Positions 36,437 through 48,644 of a DNA stretch of 64,000 bases are shown one piece after another. Under the pieces are notes generated by a model, which saw only the letters and a list, made by a program, of their open reading frames with translations, was not told the origin of the DNA and did no database searches. The translations under genes were made by a program, and so were the position numbers. Source of the DNA: Mobula hypostoma. Lineage: Eukaryota. Within the stretch, counting starts at the first letter, position 1, and every line of letters begins with the position of its first letter. The stretch is taken from assembly GCF_963921235.1 (NCBI RefSeq), contig NC_086108.1:30690001-30754000 (forward strand). The letters run 5' to 3'.

Positions 36437-39400
36437 TGCCTCTTTTTTTTCTCAATAAGCCTTGTATGGGATACCTTGTCAAATGCCTTGCTGAAATCTA
36501 TATACACTACATCTACTGCTCTACCATCACCGATGTGTTTAGACACATCCTCAAAAAATTCAATCAGGCTCGTAAGGCATGACCTGCCTTCCACAAAGCC
36601 ATGCTGACAATTCCTAATCATATTATGCCTCTCCAAATGTTCATAAATCCTGCCTGTCAGGATCTTCTCCATCAATTTACCAACCACTGAAGTAAGACTC
36701 ACTTGTCTATAATTTCCTGGGCTATCTCTACTCCCTTTCTTGAATAATAGAACACCACCCGCAACCCTCCAATTCTCTGGAACCTCTCCCGTCCCCATTA
36801 ATGATGCAAAGACCCTCGCCAGACACTCAGCAGTCTCCTCCCTCACCTTCCACCGTAGCCTGGGATACATCTCAACTGGTCCCGGTGACTTATCCAACTT
36901 GATGCTCTCCAAAAGCTCCAGCACATCCTCTTTCTTAATATCTACGTGCTCAAACTTTTCAGTCCGCTGTAAGTCATCCCTGCAATTGCCAAGATCCTTT
37001 TCCGTAGTGAAACGAAAACCAATTTCCCCCGGGATCAATAAAGTATGACTATGACTATGAATACTGAAGCAAAGTACTCATTAAGTACCTCTGCTGTCTC
37101 CTCTGGTTCCGTACACACCTTTCCACTGTCACACTTGATTGGTCCTATTCTGTCACATCTCATCCTCTTGCTCTTTACGTACTTGTGGAATGCCTTGGGG
37201 TTTTCCTTAATCCTGTCCGCTAAGGCCTTCTCATGGTCCCTTCTGGCTCTCCTAATTTCTTTATTAAGCTCCTTCCTGCTAACCTTATTATCTTCTAGAT
37301 CTCTATCATTACCTAGTTTTTTGAACCTTTCATAAGCTCTTCTTTTCTTCTTGACTAGATTTACAACAGCCTTTGTACACCATGGTTCCTGTACCCTACC
37401 ATCCTTTCCCTGTCTCATTGGAATGTACCGATGCAGAACTCCACACAAATATCCCCTGAATGTTTGCCACATTTCTTCCATACATTTCCCTGAGAATATC
37501 TGTTCCCAGTTTATGCTTCCAAGTTCCTTCCTGATAGCTTCATATTTTCCCTCACTCCAATTAAACGCTTTCCTAACTTGTCAGTTCCTATCCTTCTCCA
37601 ATGCTATGGTAAACAAGATAGAATTGTGATCACTGTCTCCAAAATGCTCTCCCACTGAGAGATCTGACACCTGACCAGGTTCATTTCCCCGTACCAGATC
37701 AAGTACAGACTCTCCTCTTGTAGGCTTATCTACATATTGTGTCAAGAAACCTTCCTGAACACACCTTACAAACTCCACCCCATCTAAATTGCTCACTCTA
37801 GGGACATGCAATCGATTGGGAAATTAAAATCTGCCACCGCGACAACCCTGTTAATATTACACCTTTCGAGAATCATCTCCCTATCTGCTCCTCGATGTCC
37901 CTGTTACTATTGGGTGGTCTATAAAAACCACCCAGTAGAGTTATTGACCCCTTCCTGTCTTAACTTCCACCCACAGAGTCTCTGTAGATAATCCCTCCTT
38001 GTCTTCCTCCTTTTCTGCAGCTGTGACACTATCTCTGATCAACAATGCCATGCCCCACCTCTTGTCTCCCTCCCCATCCTTTCTGAAACATCTAAAGCCT
38101 GGCACTCAAAGTAACCATTCCTGCCCCTGAGCCATCCAAGTCTCTGTAATGGCCACTACATCATAGCTCCAAGTACTGATCCATGCTCTAAACTCATCTG
38201 CTTTGTTCATAATACTCCTTGCATTAAAATAGACACATCTCAAACCATTGGTCTGAGCTCATCCCTTCTCTATCACCTACGTATCCTCCCTCTCGCACTG
38301 TCTCCAAGCTTTCTCTATTTGTGAGCCAACCGCCTCTTCCTATGTCTCTTCAGTTTGGTTCCCATCCCCCAGCAATCCCAGTTTCAACTCTCTCCAATAG
38401 CCTTAGCAAACCTTCCCGCCGGGTTATTGGTCCCCCTGGGATTCAAGTGACCCGTCCTTTTTGTACAGGCTACTCCTGCCCCAAAAGAGGTCCCGAAGAT
38501 TCAGAAATCTGAATCCCTGTCCCCTGCTCCAATCCCTTAGCCACGCATTTATCCTCCACCTCACCTCACTCACTGTCACTGGCACAGGTAGTAATCTCGA
38601 GATGACTACCTTTGTGGTCCTGCTTCTCAACTTCCTTCCTAACTCCCTGTAGTCTGCTTTCAGGGCCTCCTCCCTTTTCCAACCTATGTCGTTGGTGCCG
38701 AAATGTATCACAAACTCTGGCTGTTCTGCTTCCCACTTCAGGATATCTTGGATGCTATCAGAAACAACCCAGATCCTGGCACCTGGGAGGCAAACTATGA
38801 TCCGTGTTTCTTTCCTGCGTCCTCAGAATCACCTGTCTGACCCCCTAACTATAGAGTCACCTGTCACTGCTGCCATCCTCTTCCTTTCCCGACCCTTCTG
38901 AGCCACAGGGCCGGACTCTGTGCCAGAAGCACGGCCACTGCTGTTCCTCCAGTAAGCCACCCCACCCAACAGTACTCAAGCAGGAGTTTTTATTGTCAAG
39001 GGATACAGCAACAGGGGTACTCTCTAGCCTCTGACTCCTGCCCCTTTCTCTCCTGACTGAAACCCATTCTTCTGTCTCCCGAGGCCCCGGTATGACTACC
39101 TGCCTATAGTTCCTCTCCATCACCTCCTCACTTTCCCTGACCAGACGAAGGTCATCGATCTGCATCTCCAGTTCCCTAACATGGGCCCTAAGGAGCTGCA
39201 ACTCGACACATCTGGTGCAGATGTGGCCATCCGGGAGGCTGGGAGACTCCTGGCCTTCCACATCTGACACCAAGCACAGAACACTGGCCTCACATACATT
39301 CTTCCTGTCTGTTTTCTACACAGGCAACCTACCTCGCCTTGATCTGTTATCGCCAAAGATCCATTGAACCTAAGCCCTCCTACTGTCTCCCTCTACTCCA

Positions 39401-39490
39401 TCGCCCGCTCTATATAGCTGTCTCCTTTTAAACTCTTCTCGCTGTTCTCACTGGCTGATGTCCACACGCTTGCGTAGTCATGCCCCAATC
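36437..39490 (-). mobile_element. CR1 LINE 5' two-thirds (ORF1, APE, N-terminal RT), relatively young, 3'-truncated
   Basis: ORF1 VFCAWCQMW / HICTRCVELQLL and IHFGTNDIG. ORF2 FLTQYVDKPTRGESVLDLV, HFGDSDH, KENPKAF, PGNYRQVSLTSVVGK, QHGFVEGRSCLTSLIEFFE, YIDFSKAFDKVSH. Confidence 0.95.
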
Positions 39491-39949
39491 AAACCTCTGA
39501 AGAAATAATGGTCTTCTGCCATTTTAGGAAGAACCCAATTTATCTTTGCCTGGCCTGAACTATGGTTATTGTTTCCACAGGACTACTCCACAGATATTTT
39601 AATCACTTGGCTGTCCTCATTTCCAAAGAGCTGCTGTTGATCAGTGTTGACTTGATGGGCTGAAGAGCCTGTTGCTGTGTTGAATTGAATTTATGATTAG
39701 GGCTTTAAATGCCTGGCAAGTTAACTACCTGCACATCCCTCAAAGTCACACACCATCCTAATTTGGACATATAGCATATCACTCTTGCTTTATCTTGACT
39801 GTGTCTAAATCCTGGAAATCTCTTCTCAACAGCACTACAGGAGGTCTCCTCATCAGAAGATGTGATTCATGAAAGCTGCTTCCCAAGGGCATATCGGGAT
39901 GGGAAATAAAGGACACTGTTAATAAACAACAGAAAGTATTTCTTCTAAC

Positions 39950-40156
39950 CACCATCTGTGGCGAGGAAGGTGGGTGGAAGGGACTGTCACAAAGTTTACT
40001 TCTTTGTTGATTAAGGAAGTTTCTCCAGAAATTCCACAGACCTACTTTCTTCCTCAATTCCACAGTAATCACTATTTCATATTTTTGATTTCTATAACTG
40101 ATGTCATTTGCAACTGATATTTTATATGGCACCTTTGCCCAGTTAAATTTATCATC
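39950..40156 (-). other. Candidate exon, open, 69 codons, phase 0-0
   Basis: cag|DDKFNWAKVPYKISVANDISYRNQKYEIV...SSPQMV|gttaga in non-repeat sequence. Splice sites are only moderate. Confidence 0.25.
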
Positions 40157-40639
40157 CTGCTTATTAAAACAGATCTAAATCTAGAAGAGTATACAGTATA
40201 TCAGACTGTAACCAAAATCATGATAATATTAGAGTAATATTGGCAAAGACTCTGAGATGCAAGTGGTAAGTTTGTAACATTTAAATCCATCCAGAGCAAT
40301 AACTATAGCTTGTATATTTTCTGTGTTCCAATATTAGTGTTGTTCTTTAGTCTGTCTCTTGTACAATGACATGTAGTGAAAGTACCCAGATATATGGAGA
40401 GAGATTTTGCATAGTGTGTAAAGAGTATCATTCACTTTGGGTGTCATGGCTAAAACATAGATGTTGAAGGAAATTCGCCATGTGAATAATCATTAAATGC
40501 CCACATAGATTTTATGCACTATGATTAAGATAACTGATAAAGGTGGAAGTCAATGTTTTGAATGATGAATACAAATTAAGTTAAGCAAATAGGAAAGACT
40601 TGCCTATCTATGACTTTTTCAAAATGCTTAAAAGCCAAT

Positions 40640-41285
40640 AATAGTTCCTTGTAAGTGGCATCACAGGTAGATAGGTTCACAAAAAGATATTTTGGCACAT
40701 TGCCCTTCATAAATGAAAGTACTGAGTACAGGAGTTGGGATGTTATGTTGAAGTTATATAAGATTTGGGGAGGTATAATTTGGAGTATCGCTTGCAGTTC
40801 TGGTCACCTATCTGGAGGAAAGATATCAATCAGGTTGAAAGAGTATGGAGAAAATTTACAAGGATATGAGGTCCTGAGTTATAGGGAAATGTTAAATAGA
40901 TTAGGACTTTATTCACTGGAGTGTATGAGAATGAGAGCAGATTTGATAGAGGTACACAAAATTATGTTGGGGTATAGATAGGGTAAATGAAAGTAGACTT
41001 TTTCCACAGAGGATTGGTAAGACTAGACCTAGAGGTAATAGGTTATGGGTGAAAGGTGAAGTATTTAAGGGGAACATAAGGGAAAACTTCTTTATTCAGA
41101 GGGTTGTGGGAGTGTGGAGTGAGATACCAGCAGAAGTGGTGAAAGGATGCGTTTACAATCTTTATGAGAAGTTTGGATTACATGGCTAGGAGGGTTATGG
41201 AGGGTTAGGATCCAGGTGCACATGGACCTGATGGGTGTAGCAAACTGTTTCTGTGCTGTTGTGCTCAATGACTATGACTCTATAA
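40640..41285 (+). mobile_element. CR1 3' fragment
   Basis: VASQVDR...RLGLYSLECMRMRADLIEVHKIM with tail tgactatgactcta. Confidence 0.85.
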
Positions 41286-41415
41286 CATCTTGTGGAAGCT
41301 GGAATGTAGAAAATAAAAGTTAAGATTAGGGTTAAGTCAATTTACAAGTAGCATCCTCTCACAAACAACATAAAGCATGGCCAGATAATCTGTTTTGATC
41401 ATGTTGTGGAATATA

Positions 41416-41895
41416 CACTCAATGGCCATTTTTGCTCATTAATACAAATATCTTATCAGCCAATCATGATGCAGCAACTCAATGCATGAAAGCATGTAGA
41501 CATGGTTAAAAGGTTCAGTTATTCAGACCAAACATCAGAATGGGGAAGAAATGTGATCCAGGTGACTTTGACCGTGGAATGATTTTTGGTGCCGTACAAG
41601 CTAGTTGGAATATCTGAGAAAGCACTGATCTCCTGGGATTTTCAGGCACTACTATCTGGTTTACAGAGAATTGTGTGACAAACCAAAAAGATCCAATGAG
41701 CAACAGTTCTGTGGGTGAAACTGCCTTATTAATGAGAGAAGTCAGTGGAGAATGGCCAGACTGGTTCAAGCTGACAGGAAGGTGACAGTAACTCAAATAA
41801 TGATGCACTACAACAAGGATGTGCAGAAAAGTACTTTGAATGCACAACCCATTGAACCTTGAAGTGGATGAGCAGTAACAGCAGAAGACTATGGA
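41416..41895 (+). mobile_element. Second copy of the Tc1-like deleted element
   Basis: MGKKCDPGDFDRGMIFGA...; homologous to 4814-5393 in the opposite orientation; left end TA-cactcaatggcc. Confidence 0.8.
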
Positions 41896-44634
41896 CTGTT
41901 GATATTGCCAGATAAAGTAGACTGGAGAAGCTTTATATGGGATATAAACCAGGGAAGTATTTACTTTAACTTAATTTAGAATGTTACAGTATACAACATT
42001 GCTGTTCAACAACTATCAGAGAAAATGGGACTCAAAGTTTCAATGTTTTAAAATGATCTATCACTAGCATTCAAAATTGCTGGCCTATTCTAGTCTATAA
42101 TTTTCATTAAAAAATGACAACACAAATGTAAGTAGCTCTCTGATTGCCATGTTCAGTAAATGTCTGCCCACTTCTTTGGCTGATGGATGTCTTCTAAAGT
42201 TAAATGTTCAGTTGCCCTTGGAGGCCTTGGTGGAGCAGTACCCGCTTTCAATCTCTGGAAATGCTCTGGAATCCCCGCCTATCTCTCTACACATGCCGTT
42301 GACTGAGCTTCTACTCTCTTTGACCCACTTACTTTGTGATAGTTCTGACCTGATTCCTGTTCCTCATCCTGTCAGCTGAGTCAGATTGACTGCTATGCAT
42401 CCTGTAGGCTACCTAGCGAAGAAGAAAATGATGGCAGATCCTCAAATGCATTGGAAGTTGTTCATCCATTGGAATAGATTTCCCATGGTATATCACCTGT
42501 TAGTCAAAGACTACCAAATCAGCTTAGTTTCTCTTTCTCTTTCTTTCTACCTGATCTGCTGAGCCTACATTTACTTTCTTGGTCTTTTCAAGGTTGTGTT
42601 TGCCAACAACATGAGCAGCATTTTTAAAAATCTCACTCTCTACGTCTTCTTGGTTTGCGTGATGCCCCTGGGGATTTCCATAGTATGGAGGATGTTGTTA
42701 TTTATTATGAACTTTAGTTACTTGGACTGATAATTGGAAATGTAATCACCACAAATTGTGTGCTGGAGTTACCACTTTGGGCCAGATACAGCGTGATGAT
42801 GATGATCTGATACTTTTTCATCAGCCAGAGCATGAATTCTTGCTCAGGTCATCAACATTGAGCCCTTGCTTAGAGGTTTCTTGTTTCTTTGTAGTTCTTC
42901 GGATTTTAAAGCAGTTTCTGTACAATGCTGGCCTCCTGGATGAAGTTCAGGAGAACATTACATTTTCCCAGGATCAGAGGTGGTTGCAGACTTTGGATAT
43001 GAGCCTGCATCACGTCTATACTACAGTATATTTTGTTTTGCCAAGTAGGGTGGATAATTACAGGATGTTGAGTTCTCAAATTCCCATTTCCATTATTCTG
43101 CTGAAGATCAACCCCACATTTGTGTGACAGTGAACCTGAGGCTTTGAGAATAATCATATCTGGGTCAAATACTTTCCTGGGCTGTCTCAGCAGTTGTCCT
43201 ACTGTAATAGCTTTTTTTTCCAGTCGTAAATTTTTTTTACATTTTGTGTTTACGAATTTTTTTGTGCAGGAGAGGGCGATTTGGAAGTTGATGTTCTTAT
43301 GGCGTTCTACGCGGGGCAGGGGGTCTTGTTGCATTTTTTTGTTAGCTTTTTTGTGCAAGGAGAGGGGACTTTGGGTCGCCAATGTTCTTGTTACATGTTG
43401 TTTGGGTAAGGGGTCTGGGGGACTGGGGTTTGTGGTTGCGTTGCCATTCTTCTTAGTGCGGGGGGGAGGGGGGTTGCTGTTTCTGCCTGAGGACTGACTT
43501 CCATGGCTTTTTTTGGTTTTGTGGCTACCTGGAGGAGAAAAATCTCAGAGTTGTATTCTGCATGCATACTTTGATAATAATTAATGAACCTTTGGACCTT
43601 AGAGATACAGTAGAACACACACTTGGAGAGGATAGGTGGTACCTCGACCCCTTCTGATTCCAACGCTGGGGTGCTGTGAATTAGATCAATGCCTCCATCC
43701 TTTTTGAATTAAGAATGCATGAGACCACTGACATCCAAATCTGTCCAGTAAATCAGCTTGCAGCACCACACTTTATGTTTCTCCCTATGGGAACAATGTG
43801 CCAAAACTGCAACAATTCTGCTTCCAATCTATAATCAAGAGAAGATCTTAAACCAGAGAAAGGTTTAGCCTTGATCTGAATGGTAAAGGTTATCATTTGG
43901 GTCAGGTGATATAATTACGTTCTCAGAATAAATGAATATTAAACTTTCCACTTCTGTCAAAGAGAGCATGTTTACTTTTTTGATTGAACATCCTGGATGT
44001 AGCCAACTCACCAACACTTCCCACCAGTTGAAGTATTGAATGTCGCTCATCATCCACTTCCCTGTATCTGTGCCATTTCTGCAGAAAGAGCTTGGTAAAC
44101 TGTGCTTTCAACAACAGGGCTGAAAAGTTGTGCGGTACAAGAACTTTGTGGCCAAATCCACACAGAAATCAAGGCAGCATACCACGGGAAAATTAAATGC
44201 CTCTGTCAGTGTAAATGTGGAAAGAAAGAGTTAAAGTGGATTAATCTGTATTTACCAAGATTACCATCTTCTTTCTTCTTCACCTCCTGTGCTATCCATT
44301 AAAGCATAAAAATTCACCACATAGTACTAACAAGAATTTCAGGAAGACTGGGTTTATCTCCAGCATTCTGTCAAAAAGTGAGGATGACATTGAGCAGAAG
44401 CCTAATAAAAAAACCTTCATAGCAGAACCAGACATGACGCTTCTTAGCCACAAATGCATTGCAGTCAGAGCGGGTGACTTGATCAGTCACCAGGAGTCAT
44501 GCAACATCAGACCAATATAGGATTAGATCCCAAGATGGATAATGATAAGTTTTCTTTTAAAATTTGTGATAGTTGCAATCATTTCACTTTCATGTTACTA
44601 ACACAGAAAATGAGAAGGAGATTATTTCAGAGGT

Positions 44635-45910
44635 GTGTAAACTATTGGAGAGGGTTTTTACGGAAAAGACTTATGAGCATTTGGAGAAGCATAGTCTTAT
44701 CCGAGATAGTTAGCGTGGCTCTGTGTCTTACAAGCCTGATTGAGTTTTTTGAGGAGGTGATGAAACAAATTGATGAAGACAGAGCAGCGGATGTGTGCAT
44801 GTGCATTTTAGTAAGGCATTTGACAGGTTTCCCTATAGTAGACTCTTCCAGAAAGTCATGAAGCATGGGAATCAGGGGAACTTGTTTGCGTGGATTCAGA
44901 ATTGGCGAGCTCACGGAAGGCAGAAGATGGTAGCAGAAGGAGTGTATTCTGCCTGGAGGACAATAACCAGTGGTGCTCCACAGGGATCTGTTCTGGGAAC
45001 TCCACTCTGTGATTTTTATAAATGATTTGGATGAGCAAGTGGAAGGTTGGGCTAGTAAGTACATAGGTTACACACAGTCTGGAGGTATCGTGGATAGTGT
45101 AGGAGTCTGTCATTGGTTACCACAGGATATAGTCAGATGGAGTTCAGTCCAGACAGATGTGAAGTAATATGCTTTAGAAGATTGAACTTGAAGGCAGAGT
45201 ACAAGGTTAATGGCAGAATTCTCAACTCTGTGGAGGAATAGAGGGAACTTGGAGTCCAAGTCCACAGATCCCTCAAAGCTGCAGAGCAAATTGATAGAAT
45301 GGTTAAGAATGCATATGGTGTGTTGGCCTTCATTAATCAGGTTATTGAGTTCAAAAGCCATGAGGTAATATTTAAAACTCTGGTTAGAACAGTCTTACGA
45401 ATATTGCATTCAGTTCTGGTCACTTTGTTCTAGGAAAGATGTTGGAGCTTTGGCAACAGTGTAAAGGAGGTTTTACCAGGATGTGGTCTGGATTAGAATA
45501 CATTTCTTATGAGGAAAGGTTCAGCAAACTGGGATTATTCTGTCTAGAGTGTAGGATGAGTGCTGACTTGATAGAGTATGTAAGATTATGAGAGATATAG
45601 ACAGAGTGGACATCCAGTGCCTTTTTCCCAGGGTGTCGATGGACAAAATCAGAGGGTATCTGTTTAAGGTAAGGGGAGGAAAATTTAGGGGAATGTCAGA
45701 GGCAGGTTTCTACACAGAGGGCGGTAGGTACCCGGAAAACACTGCTGTGGGTGGAGGCTGATATAACAGCAATATTAAAGCAAATCTTAGATAGACACAT
45801 GGATGTAAGAAAAATGGAGGGCTATGGGCTGTGTAGGAGGTTATTAGATTGGCACAACATCATAGCTTGAATGGTCTGTACTGCGTTGTTCCATTTTATG
45901 TTCTACATTC
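44635..45910 (+). mobile_element. CR1 RT and 3' end
   Basis: LTSLIEFFEEV, FSKAFDRFPY, SGAPQGSVLG, FINDLDE. Confidence 0.9.
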
Positions 45911-46079
45911 TTTGTTCTAACATTATACACAGGGAATTAAATGGCCAAGTTGTAACATTCCTCTGCAAAAAAATGTTATTAATGCTGTTTCATAATGCCC
46001 AATGGTAAATTTCCCTCAAGGGAAAGTCCTTGATTCACTCCTTCCTTGGATTTGCATTCCTTCCAAATATCATATCATA

Positions 46080-48250
46080 GACGATAATAATTAAAAAACA
46101 CAAAAATATAAATACATAAGCAAGCATATATACATCGATTGGTTGTACGTCCATAAATGTGCCTATGCAGTATATAAAGAGACCGACAGGAAATACAAAG
46201 TGTAATAGAGTAGAGGTGGAGTTAGTGGGTGGAGATGTTGATCAGCCTTACTGCTTGGGGAAAGTAACTGTTTTTGATTCTGGTAATCCTGGCATGGATA
46301 CTGTGTATCCTCCTCCATGACAAGAGTGGGACAAATAATCCATGAGCAGGGTGGGTGGGTCCTTCATGATGTTACTGGCCCTCTTATGGCAAATTTCTTT
46401 ATATATGTCCTTGATGGCAGGTGGGCTGATGACAGTGATGTGTTGGGCAGCTTTCATTACCCGTTCATTACCCTATTCACTGCGATGCAGTTTCCATACC
46501 AAGCGGTGATGCAGCTTGTCAGGACGCTCGCTAATGCATATCTGTAGAATGATGTGAGTATGGATGTGCAAAGTTCAGCTCTCCTCAGCGCCCACAGAAA
46601 ATATGGGGATTGATATGCTTTCTTTACTGTGTAGGATGTGTTCTGAGACCATGAGAGGTTGTGTGTGATGTGCACTCCCAGGATATTGGACCTGCTTGTA
46701 GATTCTGCTGCTGTGCCACTGATGTAAAAGGTATGTGTGTGATGCGAGTTCTCCTGAGGTTGATAGCCATCTCCTTTGTTTTGTTGACATTAAGGAAGAG
46801 GTTATTGTCTGACATTAGGACACAAGCTCTTCCACTTCCTCTTTGTGAGCTGGCTCTGTCATAAGGTGGGCGTTGATGGTGGACCCAACTGCAAGGCACA
46901 GACACTGAAGTACAAGGAACAGGACTAGGACTAGAGTTAAGCAAGCAAGGAAGTAGGGAAGAAAGGATGCTGGACATTGACACAGGCCCTGGACGAGATT
47001 AGGATGAAGGGCCTGAGCTAGGACATGGACAAGAAACACAGTACTCAAACAAGGTAATAGGAACAAGGATCCTGGCCTAGTGACATGGAACTCTGGAACC
47101 AGAGCCTGGACAGGGACCAAGAACCTGGGTCTTGGTTGGGACTCGGAACCTGGGACTTGGTTGGGACTCGGAACCAGAACCCAGGTCTAGGCTAAAAATC
47201 AGGACTAGGATCTTGGCAAGAACAGGACATGGAACTTCTGGACAGGACGAGGTTCTTGGACGTGGCTAGGACTGAACGAAGTACTCCTGGGCTGGTTGAG
47301 GCACCAGGACAGGACGAGACCCCGAAGCATTGACTTGGTCTTGGGAGACAGGAACATAGAACACAGAGCCTTGGTGGTCTTCGGAGACAGGAACGCAGAA
47401 CACAGAGCCTTGGTAATCTTGGAAGACAGGAACGCAGAACACAGAGCCTTGGTCTTGGGAGATGGGAACATGGAACACAGAGCCAGGACCCCTCCTTGGG
47501 AACAGAACATAGGGCCAGGACTCATACACAGAGAGACAGTTCCTAACACAAGGTAGCGGCAAACGGCCGGACCTACCTAGCAAAGGCATGAACACAGAGA
47601 TGGTTTTCAACACAAGGTAGCGGCAAACGGCCAGACCTACCTAGCGAAGGTGTGGACACAGAGAGAGTTCCAAACAACGATAGACAGTTCCTTATCTAGA
47701 CACAACAAGGCTCCGGTTTTGCTCCGGCGGTAGAAATTGACAGCGATACAGGCGAGGACGCAGGTGAGGTTGCAGGCAAGTCTTCAGGCCAAGGTTTCAG
47801 GCAGAGGTTGCAGGCAAAGCTTCAGGAGGAAGGTGAAAGAAAAAGAACAGTTCAGCAAATGAAGCTATTTATGTAACCAGCCCAAAATCAGAATTAAGTG
47901 CCTCAATTAAGGCACACAACAGGACAAGGGAAAACCAGAAAACCTGGAATACGGACCGATGGACTGGACCGTGAACTGGAATGCGGACTTCACGGACCGG
48001 ACCATGACAGTCTCATCTTTGATGGTGATGACTCCCACCACTGTTGTCATCAGTGAACTGAACTTGATGATGTGACCACACGGGTGTTTGGCCATGCAGT
48101 CACCCGTGAGCAGAGTGTACAGTAATGGGCTCAGCACACAGCCCTTGAGAGGCGCCTGTGTTGAGGATGATGGGGAGGGAGAGTGGTTGTGCATCCTGAT
48201 GCTGACTGCTTTAGTGAGGCATTGAGAAGTGTAGACAGAGACTATGGAAG
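46080..48250 (-). mobile_element. Rex1/Babar 3' part split by a solo LTR
   Basis: [29 protein letters not shown] | AHKEEVEEL..LNVNKTKEM..SVLTSCITAWYGN. Confidence 0.85.
46857..48009 (-). repeat. Solo LTR related to the LTRs at 8918-11732
   Basis: On the minus strand it starts TGTCATGGTCCGG and ends ...TATGACA. Shares ttgca.ttgggtccacc near the end and aggaggggtc blocks. TSD ggctc / gtctc (4/5). Internal ~39-bp tandem repeats at 47340-47480. Confidence 0.85.
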
Positions 48251-48544
48251 GAGGTCTGATTTTTATGTTGCACTGAGCTTCATGCACAAGTCTCTACAAT
48301 GTCCAAAAGTCTGAGGCACTGCAGATACCATACTAAGGTGTGATATATCCAGATAGGATGCTTACTACAGTGCATCAATCAAAATTGACTAGAGTTAACA
48401 GGGACATGACAATTTTTTTCAACCTCCCGAGGAAGTAGAGGCACTGAGCATTTTGCTGGCTATGGCATCAATGTGGCTGGACCAGGATCGAACCTGGATC
48501 TTTCAAACATCTCAACTTCTGTAATGTTCAGTAAACTGGAGTGT

Positions 48545-48546
<2 letters not shown>

Positions 48547-48579
<33 letters not shown>
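48547..48579. repeat. (GT)n microsatellite, about 16 units
   Basis: Directly visible in the sequence. Confidence 0.95.
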
Positions 48580-48580
<1 letters not shown>

Positions 48581-48644
48581 CCCCTTCCCCCACTTCCTGG
48601 AGTCAACGATCGACTTTTTTGTTTTGCTAACATTGAGGTCATTA

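Noticed and set aside
43207-43500. Homopolymer-rich T/G stretch with 125-158 aa ORFs
   Set aside because: It is a low-complexity SINE-like body and possibly low-quality consensus sequence.
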